64,000 nucleotides of DNA from contig CAWJGT010000003.1 in assembly GCA_963842525.1 (NCBI GenBank), positions 1,440,001 to 1,504,000 of the forward strand, read 5' to 3'. A model generated the notes under the pieces. That model searched no databases. It saw only the letters and a program-made list of their open reading frames with translations, and had not been told where the DNA came from. Made by a program: the position numbers and the translations under genes. This DNA is from an uncultured Holophagales bacterium (lineage in GTDB: Bacteria; Acidobacteriota; Thermoanaerobaculia; Multivoradales; UBA5704). Shown here one piece after another: positions 23,301 to 55,134 of this stretch (position 1 is its first letter; every line of letters starts with the position of its first letter).

Positions 23301-26300
23301 AAAGGCCGTCGGCGACGATCGCCTCGCTCTGAGGAGCTTCTCGGCCAGCGCGGCGAACGGAGCGATCATCGACCCCTCCGGCACCGGGCACGCCGTGGCG
23401 TTGGCGGCAGCGAAGAGCTCGCTCTGGTGCCGGGGAGGACCGATCGGCGCGAGAGCCTGCCAGACCGCCTCCTCGCTCGCGAGCCGCGTCAGCAGATCCT
23501 GGTAGGTCGCCAGCATGTCGCCGACCATGCCGGGCGGGAACAGCTCCTCGACGACGTCCCAGCTATAGGAGAGCCCGAGCGGATCTTCGAGCACCTGGTG
23601 GTCGAGCCAGACCTGCGGCGTCTGGCTGATCACGAAGCCCAGCTCGGCCTCTCCCAGAGCCGCCAGGGCCTCCCGCGGCGACACCTGGGTGAGGGTACTG
23701 GTAAAGACGACGGGCATCATGGCCGGTACGTGCCCGCCTCGGCGGCGGGAGAGCTCGCGCAGCACCCGGATGCCGGAGAAGGCGCTGTGATCGAGGTCCT
23801 CGAAGAGCTGCGTCTGCACCCGTTGCGCCCGCTCTCCGAAAGCCCCGGCCTGCGAGTTGTCGATGGCCAGCAGGGTGAGCGACGTGAAGTCCCCCACCAG
23901 CTCGTTGACCTCGGGATGGAGCGGCAGGCGGTTGAACAGGGTCACGTTGATGGCGAAGCGCGGGCTCTTCGACCACAGGGTCAGCACCTCGGCGAAGGCG
24001 GCGAGGAGCAGTCCCGAAGGGGTGAGGCCGCCGCGCGCCGCACGCTCCTTGAGCCGCTGCCACGCCGCGATCTCCAGGCGTCCCGGATGGCGCACGAAGG
24101 TAGGACGCCGCACCGCTTCCGGGCTGGTGGCCAGGGGCAGCTCCGGCGCCAGCGGAAAGCCGTCGAGGCGGGCTGTCCAGTAGGCGAGCGCGCGCTGGTA
24201 GGCGGGCTGCTCCTCCAGCGCGGAGAGCGCGAGCACGTAGTCGCGGAACGAAAGCGTGAGCGGCGCGAGCTCCCCTGTCCCGCCCATGGTAGGCGAGGCC
24301 GAGCTCGGGCAGCAGGACCTGCAGGCTCCAGGCGTCGCCGACCAGGAAGTCGAAGCTGAAGTGCAGGCGGACCCGGCCGCCGTCGAGCAGCGAGGCCCGC
24401 AGCTCGTAGAGAGGCCAGCGATCGCTCGGCAGCACCTGGTGCGACATCTTCCGGCGCACCGCCGCCAGAGCCAGAGCGGCCTCTACCTCAGAACAGCCGC
24501 GCAGGTCGAGCGTCGCGATCTCGTAGGGCGGCACCTCCGGGAGGATCTCCTGCCGCCCGTCGGGGTGCACGACCGCCCGCAACATGTCGTGCCGCGCGAT
24601 GAGGGTTCGGTAGGCGTGGGTCAGCCGCGCGAGATCGATGCCGCGGGCGTCGACCTCGGCATAGGCGTGGGTGGACACCTGGCCAAGGGCGAAGGCGTCG
24701 CCGCGCCCGATCAGGTAGGCGTGTTGGACTTCGGTCAAGGGGAACGGTAGAGACCGGCTCGCCGGGTCGGGGACGATCGACGGCAGGGCGGCGGCCGGCG
24801 CGGCGCCCGCCTGCTCGTTCGCCTGCCCGGCGGCGATCACCGTTGCGAACCCGGCCACCGTCGCCTTCTCGAACAGGTCGCGGATCCCCACGTCGATGCC
24901 GAACGACTGGCGCAGCTCCGTCACCAGGACGGTGGTGAGGAACGAATGCCCGCCGAGCTCGAAGAAGTCGTCGTGAACCCCGACCTCGTCGATCCCGAGC
25001 AGCCGCTGCCAGATCCCGGCGACCCGGCGCTCGGTCTCGTCGCGCGGTGCCACATAGGCATTGCGCAGCACCGGCCGGGGGTGCGCTGACAGAGCCTGTG
25101 GGGGGACGGCCTCAGGCTCGGGCGGCGGAGTCTCTCCGGCCGCGAGCTCCGGCATGGCGGGCACAGCGGCCGCCGGCTGCGGGCTCGCCTCGATCCAGTA
25201 GCGCTGGCGCTCGAAGGGATAGGTGGGCAGGGCAACCCGCCTCCGCCGCTCATGGCGGAAGAAGCGCGCGCCGTCCACCTCGACCCCGGCGAGCCAGAGC
25301 CGCCCCACGGCCCGCATCAGGGTCGCCTGCTCCGCCGCGCCGCCGCGCTCGCCCAGTGAGGGGACCACATTCGCGCCGCCTCCCGCCGGGTGCTGGCGGG
25401 CGAACGTCGAGAGAGCCTGCCCCGGCCCCACCTCCAGCAGGAACCGGCCGGGCTCATCGAACAGCTCGCCCAACCCGGCGGAGAACCGCACGGTCTGGCA
25501 CAGATGGCGGCCCCAGTACTCCGGGTCGGTGGCCTCGCGGGCCGTGATCCACGTGCCGGTGACGTTGGACAGGTACGGGATCCGCGGCGGCCGGAGAGCG
25601 AGCCGCCGGACGCTCTCGACCAGGCGCTCGGCGGCCGGCTCCATGAGCCGCGAGTGGAAGGCGTGGGAGGTCCGCAGGCGGCGCGAGACCACGCCCTGCT
25701 GCGCCAGCTCTTCTGCCAGCTCCGCCACGGCGCTCTCCGTTCCCGCCGCCACGCACATCCGGGGCGCATTCACCGCGGCCAGCGAGAGCTCAGGGCCGAG
25801 CCGGGGGAGCACCTCGCTCTCGGCCAGCGGAATGGCGAGCATAGCCCCGGCCGGAAGCTCCTCGACCAGCCGCGCCCGCTCGGCCACCAGCCAGAGAGCC
25901 TCCTCCAAGCTGAGCACGCCTGCGATACAGGCGGCCGTGTACTCGCCCAGGCTGTAGCCCATCATCGCCCTGGGTTTCACCCCCCAGTCCATCCAGAGGC
26001 GGGCCAGAGCGTGCTCGACCACGAACATCGCCGGCTGGGCGTACAAGGTGCGGTCCAGGCGCAGGGAGGCTTCCTCGGAGGCTTCGGCGGTCCGCCCGAG
26101 GAGCCGGCGCAGATCCATGCCCGGTGCCGGGCCCGCCGCTGGCGGTTGGCCGGCGGGGTAGAGGACCTCCCGCAGATCCACTCCCAGCGACCGCACCAGC
26201 AGCGCGCACGACCGGTCCACCTCGGCCCGGAAGACCGGCTCCGCCGCGTAGAGGCTCGCAGCCATGTGGAGCTGCTGATCGCCGAGTCCCGGGAAGAAGA

Positions 26301-27918
26301 AGGCGACGCTCTGGTCGTGCTCCTTGAGCCCCGTGAAAACCCCCTCGGAGGAGGGCTCGGCGAGCAGGCCGATGGCCTCGTCGCGGTCGCGGCAGACCAG
26401 CGTGCGTCGGTAGTCGAAGGGCTTGCGGCCGCGCTGCAGGGTGAAGGCGACATCGGCGAGATTGAGCTCGGGGCGGTTGCCCAGGTGAGCCGCGAGATCG
26501 GTCGTCGCGGCGGCGAGCGCCCCGGGGCTCTTCGCGGAGAGCAGCAGCAGTTGGTGCGAGCGCGGTGATGCCGCCGCCGGAGGGAGCGCGGGCGCCTCCT
26601 CGAGCACTACGTGGACATTGGTGCCGCCGAACCCGAAGGCGCTCACCCCCGCTCGACGCGGCCCGCCGTTGCGCAGCCAGGGCTGGAGCTCGGTATTGAC
26701 GTAGAACGGGCTCTCCGCAAAGTTGATCTCCGGATTCGGCCGCTCGAAGTGCAAGCTCGGCGGGATCATCCCGTGCTCGAGAGAGAGCACGGTCTTGATC
26801 AGACCGGTGATCCCGGCTGCCGTGGCCAGGTGACCGACATTGGTCTTCACTGACCCCAACGCACAGAACTGCCGGCGCCCCCTGCCGTTGAAATGACCGT
26901 TGAAATTGCTGGTAAAAGCGCGGGTCAGGGCCTCGACCTCGATCGGGTCCCCCAGCGCAGTGCCGGTGCCGTGCGCCTCGACGTAGGAGATGTCGGCCGC
27001 CTCCACACCGCTCCGCGCCAGGGCCTCGGCGATGACCTTGGCCTGGCCTTCGACCGACGGCGCGGTGTAGCCCACCTTCAGCGCACCGTCGTTGTTGATC
27101 GCCGACCCCTTGACCACCGCCCGGATCGAGTCCCCGTCGGCCACCGCGTCGGCCAGCCGCTTGAGCACCACCATTCCCAGGCCGCTGCCGACGACCGAGC
27201 CCTGCGCCCTGACGTCGAAGGTCCGGCAGCGGCCGTCGGGGGAGACGATGCCACCTTCCTGGTACATGTAGCCCCGGAAGTGACGGACGTTGATCGAGGC
27301 GCTGCCGGCCAGAGCCATGTCGCACTCCTCCGACAGCAGGCTCTGGCAGGCCGCATGCACCGCCACCAGACCGGTCGAGCAGGCGCTCTGGATCAGATAG
27401 CTCGGTCCCGTCAGGTTCAGCTTGTGCGAGATCCGCGTCGTCAGGTAGTCCCCGGAGTTGCCGAGGTCGATGTGCAGCTCGTCAAGGGTGGCGAGGACCG
27501 CCGGATTGGCCATCACCTGATAGAGCAGGTACGTGCTCGTCGACAGGCCAGCAAAGACGCCGATCGGCCCGCTGTGGGTCTCGCCGACATAGCCCGCGTC
27601 CTCGAGCGCCTGCCAGGCGCACTCGAGCAGAAGCCGTTGCTGCGGGTCCATGACCTCGGCCTCGCGATGGCTGAAGCCGAAGAAGGTGGCGTCGAAGCGA
27701 TCGATGCCCCGGGGCATCGCAATCACCTTGACCAGGTTGGGGTGAGTGAGCAGGGCCGGATCGACGCCGGCCGCGAGCAGCTCGTCGTCGGTCAACGTCC
27801 GGACTGCGTTGACGCCGTCGCACAGATTCTGCCAGAGCTCCCCGACGTTGTCGGCCCCTGGAAAGCGACCGGCCATGCCGATGATCGCGACGTCGGCTTC
27901 ATTCCGCGCTATTTCCAT
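20368..27918 (-). CDS. Hybrid PKS-NRPS: KS-AT-ACP-Cy-A(Cys)-[MT inserted]-T; two frameshifts (~24280, ~23337)
   Basis: Joins ORFs 23563..27918, 23205..24287 and 20368..23391. KS: QSACSTG, HGTGT, NVGH. AT: GYSLG and HAFHS (malonyl type). Cy: DFLVGD, VGDFTS, PVVFTS, SQTPQVWLDHQ. A code DLYNLSLIWK (Cys). MT: LEIGAGTGG and FTDIS. T: GGDSL. Confidence 0.92.
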
Positions 27919-27955
27919 CGACGATCAAACCTCTCCGAGAAAAACGCCGGCCGAC

Positions 27956-27967
27956 AAATTGCAATTT
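27956..27967. promoter_or_regulatory. AT-rich perfect palindrome AAATTGCAATTT, possible operator
   Basis: 12-bp perfect inverted repeat in an AT-rich patch between the putative promoter and the start codon. Confidence 0.35.
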
Positions 27968-28005
27968 TTGGCATAAGCTTGAATCTAAAGAGTTCTGCGT
28001 GCCAG

Positions 28006-28034
28006 AGGGTAGAAGTGGGCCTGCTGGTTGTCAA
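28006..28034 (-). promoter_or_regulatory. Putative sigma70 promoter for the leftward PKS-NRPS operon
   Basis: Minus strand reads TTGACA (28034-28029), a 17-nt spacer, then TACCCT (28011-28006), about 90 nt upstream of the ATG at 27918, inside the divergent intergenic gap. Confidence 0.6.
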
Positions 28035-28176
28035 GCTCCGGCAAGGGCCTGTCGGACCTGCTTTATACTGCGCGCCCTGCACGACGTTGGGACCTCAAGG
28101 TTCGAGACCCAGAGCAGGCGGCTCCGGCTCTAGAAGGGTTGTCAGGGATCGTGCGAAGGCTTGGAACTGTGATGAA

Positions 28177-36780
<8,604 letters not shown>

Positions 36781-36837
36781 CTGCCGCACTGTATCTCATG
36801 GTATCTAGTGGCTTTTCGCGGGGGATTCAGTAGCGCC

Positions 36838-39099
36838 ATGCGACCACCGAGGCGGTTCATCCTTGTACTCCAGATCCTCCTGTCCGCCCTTCTCCCGGTA
36901 GCCGTGGCGGCCCCTGCGCTGGGAGCCGACGAGCCGCCGCCCGAGGTCCACATCACCCGCGCGGTTGGGCCGATCGACATCGATGGCGATCTCTCCGATC
37001 CGGGCTGGCGCGGCGCGGCCGAGGTCGACACCTGGTACGAAACCAACCCCGGGGACAACGTGCCGGCGCCGGTTGAGAACCGCGCCTGGCTGACCTACGA
37101 CGACCGCTACCTCTATGCCGCCTTCGAGTTCGCCGAGCCGGACATGAAGTCGCTGCGGGCGCCCTTCGGAGATCGCGATAGCCCCGTGGAGGACGCCGAC
37201 TACGGCGGCATCCTCCTCGATACCAGGAACGAGGCCAAGGCGGCGATCCTGATGCTCGCCAACCCGCACAACATTCAGTACGACGCGATCACCAACGACG
37301 CCTCCGGCGAGGACCCCTCGTTCGACCTCTACTGGGACTCGGCGACGCGGATCGGCCAGAGCGCCTGGTTCCTCGAGATGCGCATTCCGTTCTCCTCTCT
37401 GCGTTACGGCACGGCCGATCCACAGACCTGGGGGCTCCTCCTCTACCGCAACCGGCCGCGCCAGTTCCGCACCCAGATGTTCCACGTCAAGCTGCCGCGC
37501 GGCTCGAGCTGCTTCATCTGCCACGAGGGGAAGATCACCGGCCTCGCCGGTCTGCCGCACGGCGGCCACTACGTGCTCGTCCCCTACAGCACCCTCAAGC
37601 ACGGCGGGCAGCCGCGAGGGGGCGTCGCCGGCATGCCGATCGACAGCCGCTCCGAGGCCGAGGTCGGCCTCGACGCCAAATGGATCCCGACCGCCTCGAC
37701 CGCCTTCGACGCCACCATCAACCCCGATTTCTCGCAGGTCGAAGCGGACGTGGCGCAGATCTCCACCAACAAGCGCTTCGCCCTCTTCTACCCGGAGAAG
37801 CGGCCGTTCTTCCTCGAGGGGCTCGACCTCTTCGCGACACCCATCCAGGCGGTCTACACGCGCCAGGTCACCGCGCCGCGCTGGGGCGCGCGCGTCACCG
37901 GCGAGCTCGCCGGCACTGCCTACACCCTGCTCGCCGCCGAGGACCGCGGCGGCGGCAGCGTGATCATTCCCGGGCCGGAGTCGTCGCGCTTCGCGGACCA
38001 GGACTTCTCCTCGAAGGTGGTGATCGGGCGGGCGCGCCGCGACTTCGGCAGCGGCTTCGCGAGCTTCCTGTTCACCGACCGCGAGATCGACGGCGGCGGC
38101 TTCAACCGGGTCGCCGGACCGGACTTCCAGTGGCGGCCGAACGGCGCCGACCGGATCACCGGCCAGCTCCTGCTCAGCCAGACGGACACCCCCGACCTCC
38201 CCGCTCTCGACGAGGAGTGGGACGGCCGCGAGCTGCGCTCGCACGCCCTCTACCTGCAGTGGACGCGCAATACGCCCCACTGGGACAGCGCGCTGACCTA
38301 TAAGGACATCGGCGACGACTTCCGCGCCGACCTGGGTTTCCTGCCGCAGGTGGGCGTGCGTGACGGGCGCGGTGTCCTCGGCTACACGGTCTATCCGGAG
38401 AGCGGGCCGCTGCGCAATGTCCACACCTACGCCGTCCTCCGTGAGGTCGAAGGCAGAGACGGCGAGCTGTTGCTGCGCCAGGTCGTCCCTGCGATCGAGG
38501 CCCAGGGCCTCTGGAACAGCTACATGAACGTGGAGGCGCGGTTCGCGAGCATCCGCGTCGGCGATCGCGTCTTCAAGTACCACTACCTGTGGACGGTCGT
38601 CCAGGTGAGCCCGTCGCACGCCATCGGCCAGATCAGCCTCAATGCCGTCTTCGGCCAGGCGATCGACTTCGACAACGCGCGGCCGGGGCACGGCGCAGAG
38701 ATCACCCTGAGCTCGGTGCTGCGGCCGACCGACCACCTCGAGCTGGTGCTGGACGGCGGCCGCCAGTGGCTCGACGTCTCCCCGGGCGGCGTGAGCCAGC
38801 GCCTGTTCACCGACGAGGTGGCGCGGGTCAAGGCGACCTACACTTTTTCCGCGCGCAGCTTCCTGCGCCTGGTCATGCAGCGCGTCCGGACCGACCGCGA
38901 TCCCGCGCTCTACACCTTCGAGGTGGCGCCTCGCTTCGAGGACTTCACCCGCTCCGCGCTCTTCGCCTACAAGATCAACTGGCAGACCGTGCTCTTCCTG
39001 GGCTACGGCGACGACCGCCGGCTCGTCAACGGGAGCGGTGGCTTGGCGGAGATCGACCGGCAGCTCTTCCTCAAGGTGTCCTATGCCTTCCAGCGGTAG
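36838..39099 (+). CDS. Secreted/outer-membrane protein with CBM9-like N domain and DUF5916 beta-barrel
   Basis: Signal peptide MRPPRRFILVLQILLSALLPVAVAAPA. Motifs IDGDLSDPGW, YDDRYLY, EMRIPFSSLRY, TINPDFSQVEAD and FYPEKRPFFLEG. C-terminus FLKVSYAFQR. Confidence 0.8.
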   Translation: MRPPRRFILVLQILLSALLPVAVAAPALGADEPPPEVHITRAVGPIDIDGDLSDPGWRGAAEVDTWYETNPGDNVPAPVENRAWLTYDDRYLYAAFEFAEPDMKSLRAPFGDRDSPVEDADYGGILLDTRNEAKAAILMLANPHNIQYDAITNDASGEDPSFDLYWDSATRIGQSAWFLEMRIPFSSLRYGTADPQTWGLLLYRNRPRQFRTQMFHVKLPRGSSCFICHEGKITGLAGLPHGGHYVLVPYSTLKHGGQPRGGVAGMPIDSRSEAEVGLDAKWIPTASTAFDATINPDFSQVEADVAQISTNKRFALFYPEKRPFFLEGLDLFATPIQAVYTRQVTAPRWGARVTGELAGTAYTLLAAEDRGGGSVIIPGPESSRFADQDFSSKVVIGRARRDFGSGFASFLFTDREIDGGGFNRVAGPDFQWRPNGADRITGQLLLSQTDTPDLPALDEEWDGRELRSHALYLQWTRNTPHWDSALTYKDIGDDFRADLGFLPQVGVRDGRGVLGYTVYPESGPLRNVHTYAVLREVEGRDGELLLRQVVPAIEAQGLWNSYMNVEARFASIRVGDRVFKYHYLWTVVQVSPSHAIGQISLNAVFGQAIDFDNARPGHGAEITLSSVLRPTDHLELVLDGGRQWLDVSPGGVSQRLFTDEVARVKATYTFSARSFLRLVMQRVRTDRDPALYTFEVAPRFEDFTRSALFAYKINWQTVLFLGYGDDRRLVNGSGGLAEIDRQLFLKVSYAFQR

Positions 39100-39167
39100 A
39101 ATCGGCCGGGGCCAAAGGGAGATGGCATATTGCAGGCTCGAGGTCGAGAGAAAAGAGGAGACCGCAG

Positions 39168-40502
39168 ATGACCGACCCGGGTGCCGAGGAATTCGAGATT
39201 CTTGACGAGATGATCGACCCTTTGTTGGGGCCTGGCCGCAGCGCCGTTCCGGACCCGCCCGCTTCGTCCGCGACAGAGCGCCACACGGGCGGCGGCGATG
39301 TCCAGCCGGTCTTCATTTTGTCGTGCAACCGGGCGGGATCGACGTTGCTCCGCTTCATCCTCGACACCCATCCGGACATCTACTGTCCTCCGGAGCTCTT
39401 CCTCGGACAGGCAGCCCATTCGCTCGCCATCTTCCTCTGCGGTCTCGAAGGCAGGAGCTCCTATTTTGAGGCAGAGGGGAAGATCCATGTCTCGGATGCC
39501 ATTGCGGAGACCCTCCGGGCGGTCATTTCCGACCAACTGTCCGCTCATGTGGCACGCCGGGGCAAACGCCTCTGGTGCGAGAAGACGCCGCAGAACGTCT
39601 ATCACCTCAAGCTCCTGAACATCCTCTTCCCGCGAGCGAAGCACATTTGTCTGCACCGCCACTGCCTCGATGTCGTGGCTTCTGCCCTGCAGATGGCCGG
39701 GCGCATCGGTGCGATCCAGCGCTCGATCTACAAGAGCTCGGGCCACGGCCTCACCGGGACGATCCGTTGGTGGTGCGAGATGACGCGCGCAGTGCTCGAG
39801 CACGAGCGCACCCACCCCGGCCGCTGCTTCCGTCTCCGCTATGAGGACCTGGTCAAGAATCCCGGGCAGGTCCTCGCGCCCTTGTCCTCGTTCCTCGAGG
39901 TGCCCTGGGAGGAGAAGGTACTGGAGTCCGTCTTCTCGACGCAGCACGACTACGGGTATGAAGACCCGACGATCCGCTTCAACGATGCCATCCACTCCGG
40001 GAGCGTCGGCAGCGGCGCGAGTCTCTCCCTGGAAGGCGTCCCGGACGACGCCATCGCGGCGATGCGCCAACTGCTCCGGGAGCTGAGCTATCCGGAGGTC
40101 AACCGCCGGCCCGCGGAGGCTCCGAAGCCCGGGCTTGCAGCCGAAAGACCGTTTTCCACATCGTGGTTCTTCGAGACGTTCCTGCCGGGAAAGATCGAAG
40201 CGATGCCGGAGCTGGCGGCGCGGATCGATCACTCCTTCCGATTCGCGGTCAACGGCCCGGATGGCGGGAGCTGGCTCGTCGATCTGCGCCCGGCAGGCTC
40301 ACGGGTCCAGCGCACGAACGGTGCCGGTGCTGCGCAGTGCACCATCGTGATTTCGGCCTCCGACCTCGCCGACATCTCGCGCGGAACACTGAATTCGAGC
40401 AAGGCTTTTCTGGAAGGCCGGCTGAAGATTATCGGATCGGTCGACTTCACGACCCTGGAGCAGTTGGCCCAGATCCTGCGCCAGCCTGCGTCCCAGGCCT
40501 GA
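39168..40502 (+). CDS. PAPS-dependent sulfotransferase fused to a C-terminal SCP2 lipid-binding domain
   Basis: AGGAG RBS before the ATG at 39168. PVFILSCNRAGSTLLR (5'-PSB loop), WCEKTP, HRHCLDVVAS and LRYEDLV. C-terminal GGSWLVDL...AQCTIVISASDL...KAFLEGRLKIIG is SCP2-like. Confidence 0.85.
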   Translation: MTDPGAEEFEILDEMIDPLLGPGRSAVPDPPASSATERHTGGGDVQPVFILSCNRAGSTLLRFILDTHPDIYCPPELFLGQAAHSLAIFLCGLEGRSSYFEAEGKIHVSDAIAETLRAVISDQLSAHVARRGKRLWCEKTPQNVYHLKLLNILFPRAKHICLHRHCLDVVASALQMAGRIGAIQRSIYKSSGHGLTGTIRWWCEMTRAVLEHERTHPGRCFRLRYEDLVKNPGQVLAPLSSFLEVPWEEKVLESVFSTQHDYGYEDPTIRFNDAIHSGSVGSGASLSLEGVPDDAIAAMRQLLRELSYPEVNRRPAEAPKPGLAAERPFSTSWFFETFLPGKIEAMPELAARIDHSFRFAVNGPDGGSWLVDLRPAGSRVQRTNGAGAAQCTIVISASDLADISRGTLNSSKAFLEGRLKIIGSVDFTTLEQLAQILRQPASQA

Positions 40503-41283
40503 GGAGGTCGCTCCATCGAGACGTCGCGGAGGTCAGGATCCGCTCCTCGATCCGCTCCATCAGGTCGAAGGCCTTCCGCAGGAGGTTCTGCAGCTCTTCC
40601 GGCCGGCCGATGGACCGCTCGCCTTTCCGGATGGCCGCGACCTCGTCGAACAGGCTGAAATCGAGATCCGGAAGAGCCTGCCGCAAGGTCGCGAGGGCAT
40701 GCATCTGGCTGGCCGGCTGGCCGAGGGCCGCACAGGCCCTGTTCGGAAAGCTCTTGCGCAGGTCGACCAGCCGGTCGAAGAGGATACTCTGATGTTGTTC
40801 CGACAGCCGCAACGGAGGCAGGAAGACCGAGAGGCGGTCCATGAAGCGCCGCTTCAGCGAGAAGAAGGCGCAGCGAGCCACGGCCTGCCCCTCGTCGCTC
40901 CAGTGCACCAGGGGCCGCAGATCCTCGCCCAGGAGGAGCCGGCTCGAATCGGGCGAGACGAGAGTGGGGCCAAAGGTGGCATCGAAATCGCCGAGCTCTT
41001 CTTCTTGATAAAGATTGGGCGGGTGGTGAAAGGGAAGGCCGCTCTCCGCCAGCGGAGCACAGGCGACGAGGATCTGCTGCACGACCCGCTCGAAATACTC
41101 CGGCTTCTCCAGAAGCCCGCGGACGACGACCAGGGCATCCAGGAGGTCGCTCTGCCCGGGTACCGCCTCGCCGCGGGCCAAAGAGCCCCAGAGCAGGATC
41201 CCTCGCACGTCGTCGCCGAGCCGGCCCATCGTGGTGACGAAGGAGTCGACGGCCCGCCAGTAGTCTTCCAGCGTCGGAGTCAA
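40447..41283 (-). CDS. Pol-beta-superfamily nucleotidyltransferase with helical C-terminal domain
   Basis: GILLWGSLARGEAVPGQSDLLDALVVV fits hG[GS]x9-13D..D. GGAGG RBS; the TTG start overlaps the upstream TGA. Confidence 0.7.
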   Translation of the reverse strand: MTPTLEDYWRAVDSFVTTMGRLGDDVRGILLWGSLARGEAVPGQSDLLDALVVVRGLLEKPEYFERVVQQILVACAPLAESGLPFHHPPNLYQEEELGDFDATFGPTLVSPDSSRLLLGEDLRPLVHWSDEGQAVARCAFFSLKRRFMDRLSVFLPPLRLSEQHQSILFDRLVDLRKSFPNRACAALGQPASQMHALATLRQALPDLDFSLFDEVAAIRKGERSIGRPEELQNLLRKAFDLMERIEERILTSATSRWSDLLRPGTQAGAGSGPTAPGS

Positions 41284-42050
41284 ATGCCTCCCTTCACCAG
41301 GAGGTCCAACAGCCGCTCAAAAAGCCGGGTCGCTGCGAAGGCGTCCTCCTTCTGGAGAGCTGCCGTCGGATCGCTCAGCCGCCGGGCGAAGGCCTCCAGG
41401 CCCGCGATGATCTCGGCGGCTTCCGCCGTGCCGCGCCAGATCAGGAATCGCTGCGGGACGTCCTTGAGGTCGATCTGCCACCCGCCCCGATCCCCCATCA
41501 GAGCGGTGGACATCAACCGGCGTGCCTCCTCGAGGATTTCGATGACAAGCTCCCGATACGCCTTCTGAACGAGCCGTTGCAAGTAGTGGATCCTGAAGTA
41601 GTGGCGGCAACCGCGTAAGTGCTCCAGCAGGAAGAGTCTCGGCTGTGCCGGGAGAGGCACTTCCGGGCGGCAGTCCCGGCCATGAAGCAGGACGCTGCGG
41701 TACTTGACGCAGTACGCGAGATGGGGCTGGTCGTCGAGATATGGCGGGGAGGAGGAGCCGGGGAGAGCCAGGAAGAAGAGATCCCGCCACCGCAGGCAAT
41801 GGATGGCCGCAACGGTGGGCAGAGCCCGATAGATCCGAGCGAGGAGATCAGGATACGACTCCACCCGGTTGCGCGCGACCACGACGACTCCGTGGGCCGT
41901 GAGGGGATGCTCATAATAGACGAGGCTCTCCAGATCCTCTCTCGCCTGGCCCACGAGGCTCAGCGCGCTCCTGGCGATATGAGAAGGGACCGCAATCGCG
42001 CTCGCCAGGGGCCGATCTTTCGTGGAATGGCCCATGAGGTTTGAAGTCAC
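41280..42050 (-). CDS. Hypothetical protein, possible degenerate paralog of the neighbouring nucleotidyltransferase
   Basis: Purine-rich RBS before the GTG; 4-nt overlap with the next gene. Shares SVLLHGRDCRPEV with SRLLLGEDLRPLV but has no GS/DxD motif. Confidence 0.55.
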   Translation of the reverse strand: MTSNLMGHSTKDRPLASAIAVPSHIARSALSLVGQAREDLESLVYYEHPLTAHGVVVVARNRVESYPDLLARIYRALPTVAAIHCLRWRDLFFLALPGSSSPPYLDDQPHLAYCVKYRSVLLHGRDCRPEVPLPAQPRLFLLEHLRGCRHYFRIHYLQRLVQKAYRELVIEILEEARRLMSTALMGDRGGWQIDLKDVPQRFLIWRGTAEAAEIIAGLEAFARRLSDPTAALQKEDAFAATRLFERLLDLLVKGGI

Positions 42051-42080
42051 GCTCTTTTCCCTTTCTCCAACAAAGGTACA

Positions 42081-55130
<13,050 letters not shown>

Positions 55131-55134
<4 letters not shown>

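Noticed and set aside
26893-28176. N-terminal 428-aa extension of the 3295-aa ORF
   Set aside because: It is antisense to the KS gene and spans the promoter gap; FAAL similarity begins at the ATG at 28177.
38589-39167. N-terminal extension of the sulfotransferase ORF
   Set aside because: It overlaps the DUF5916 gene in another frame; a good RBS and ATG are at 39156-39170.
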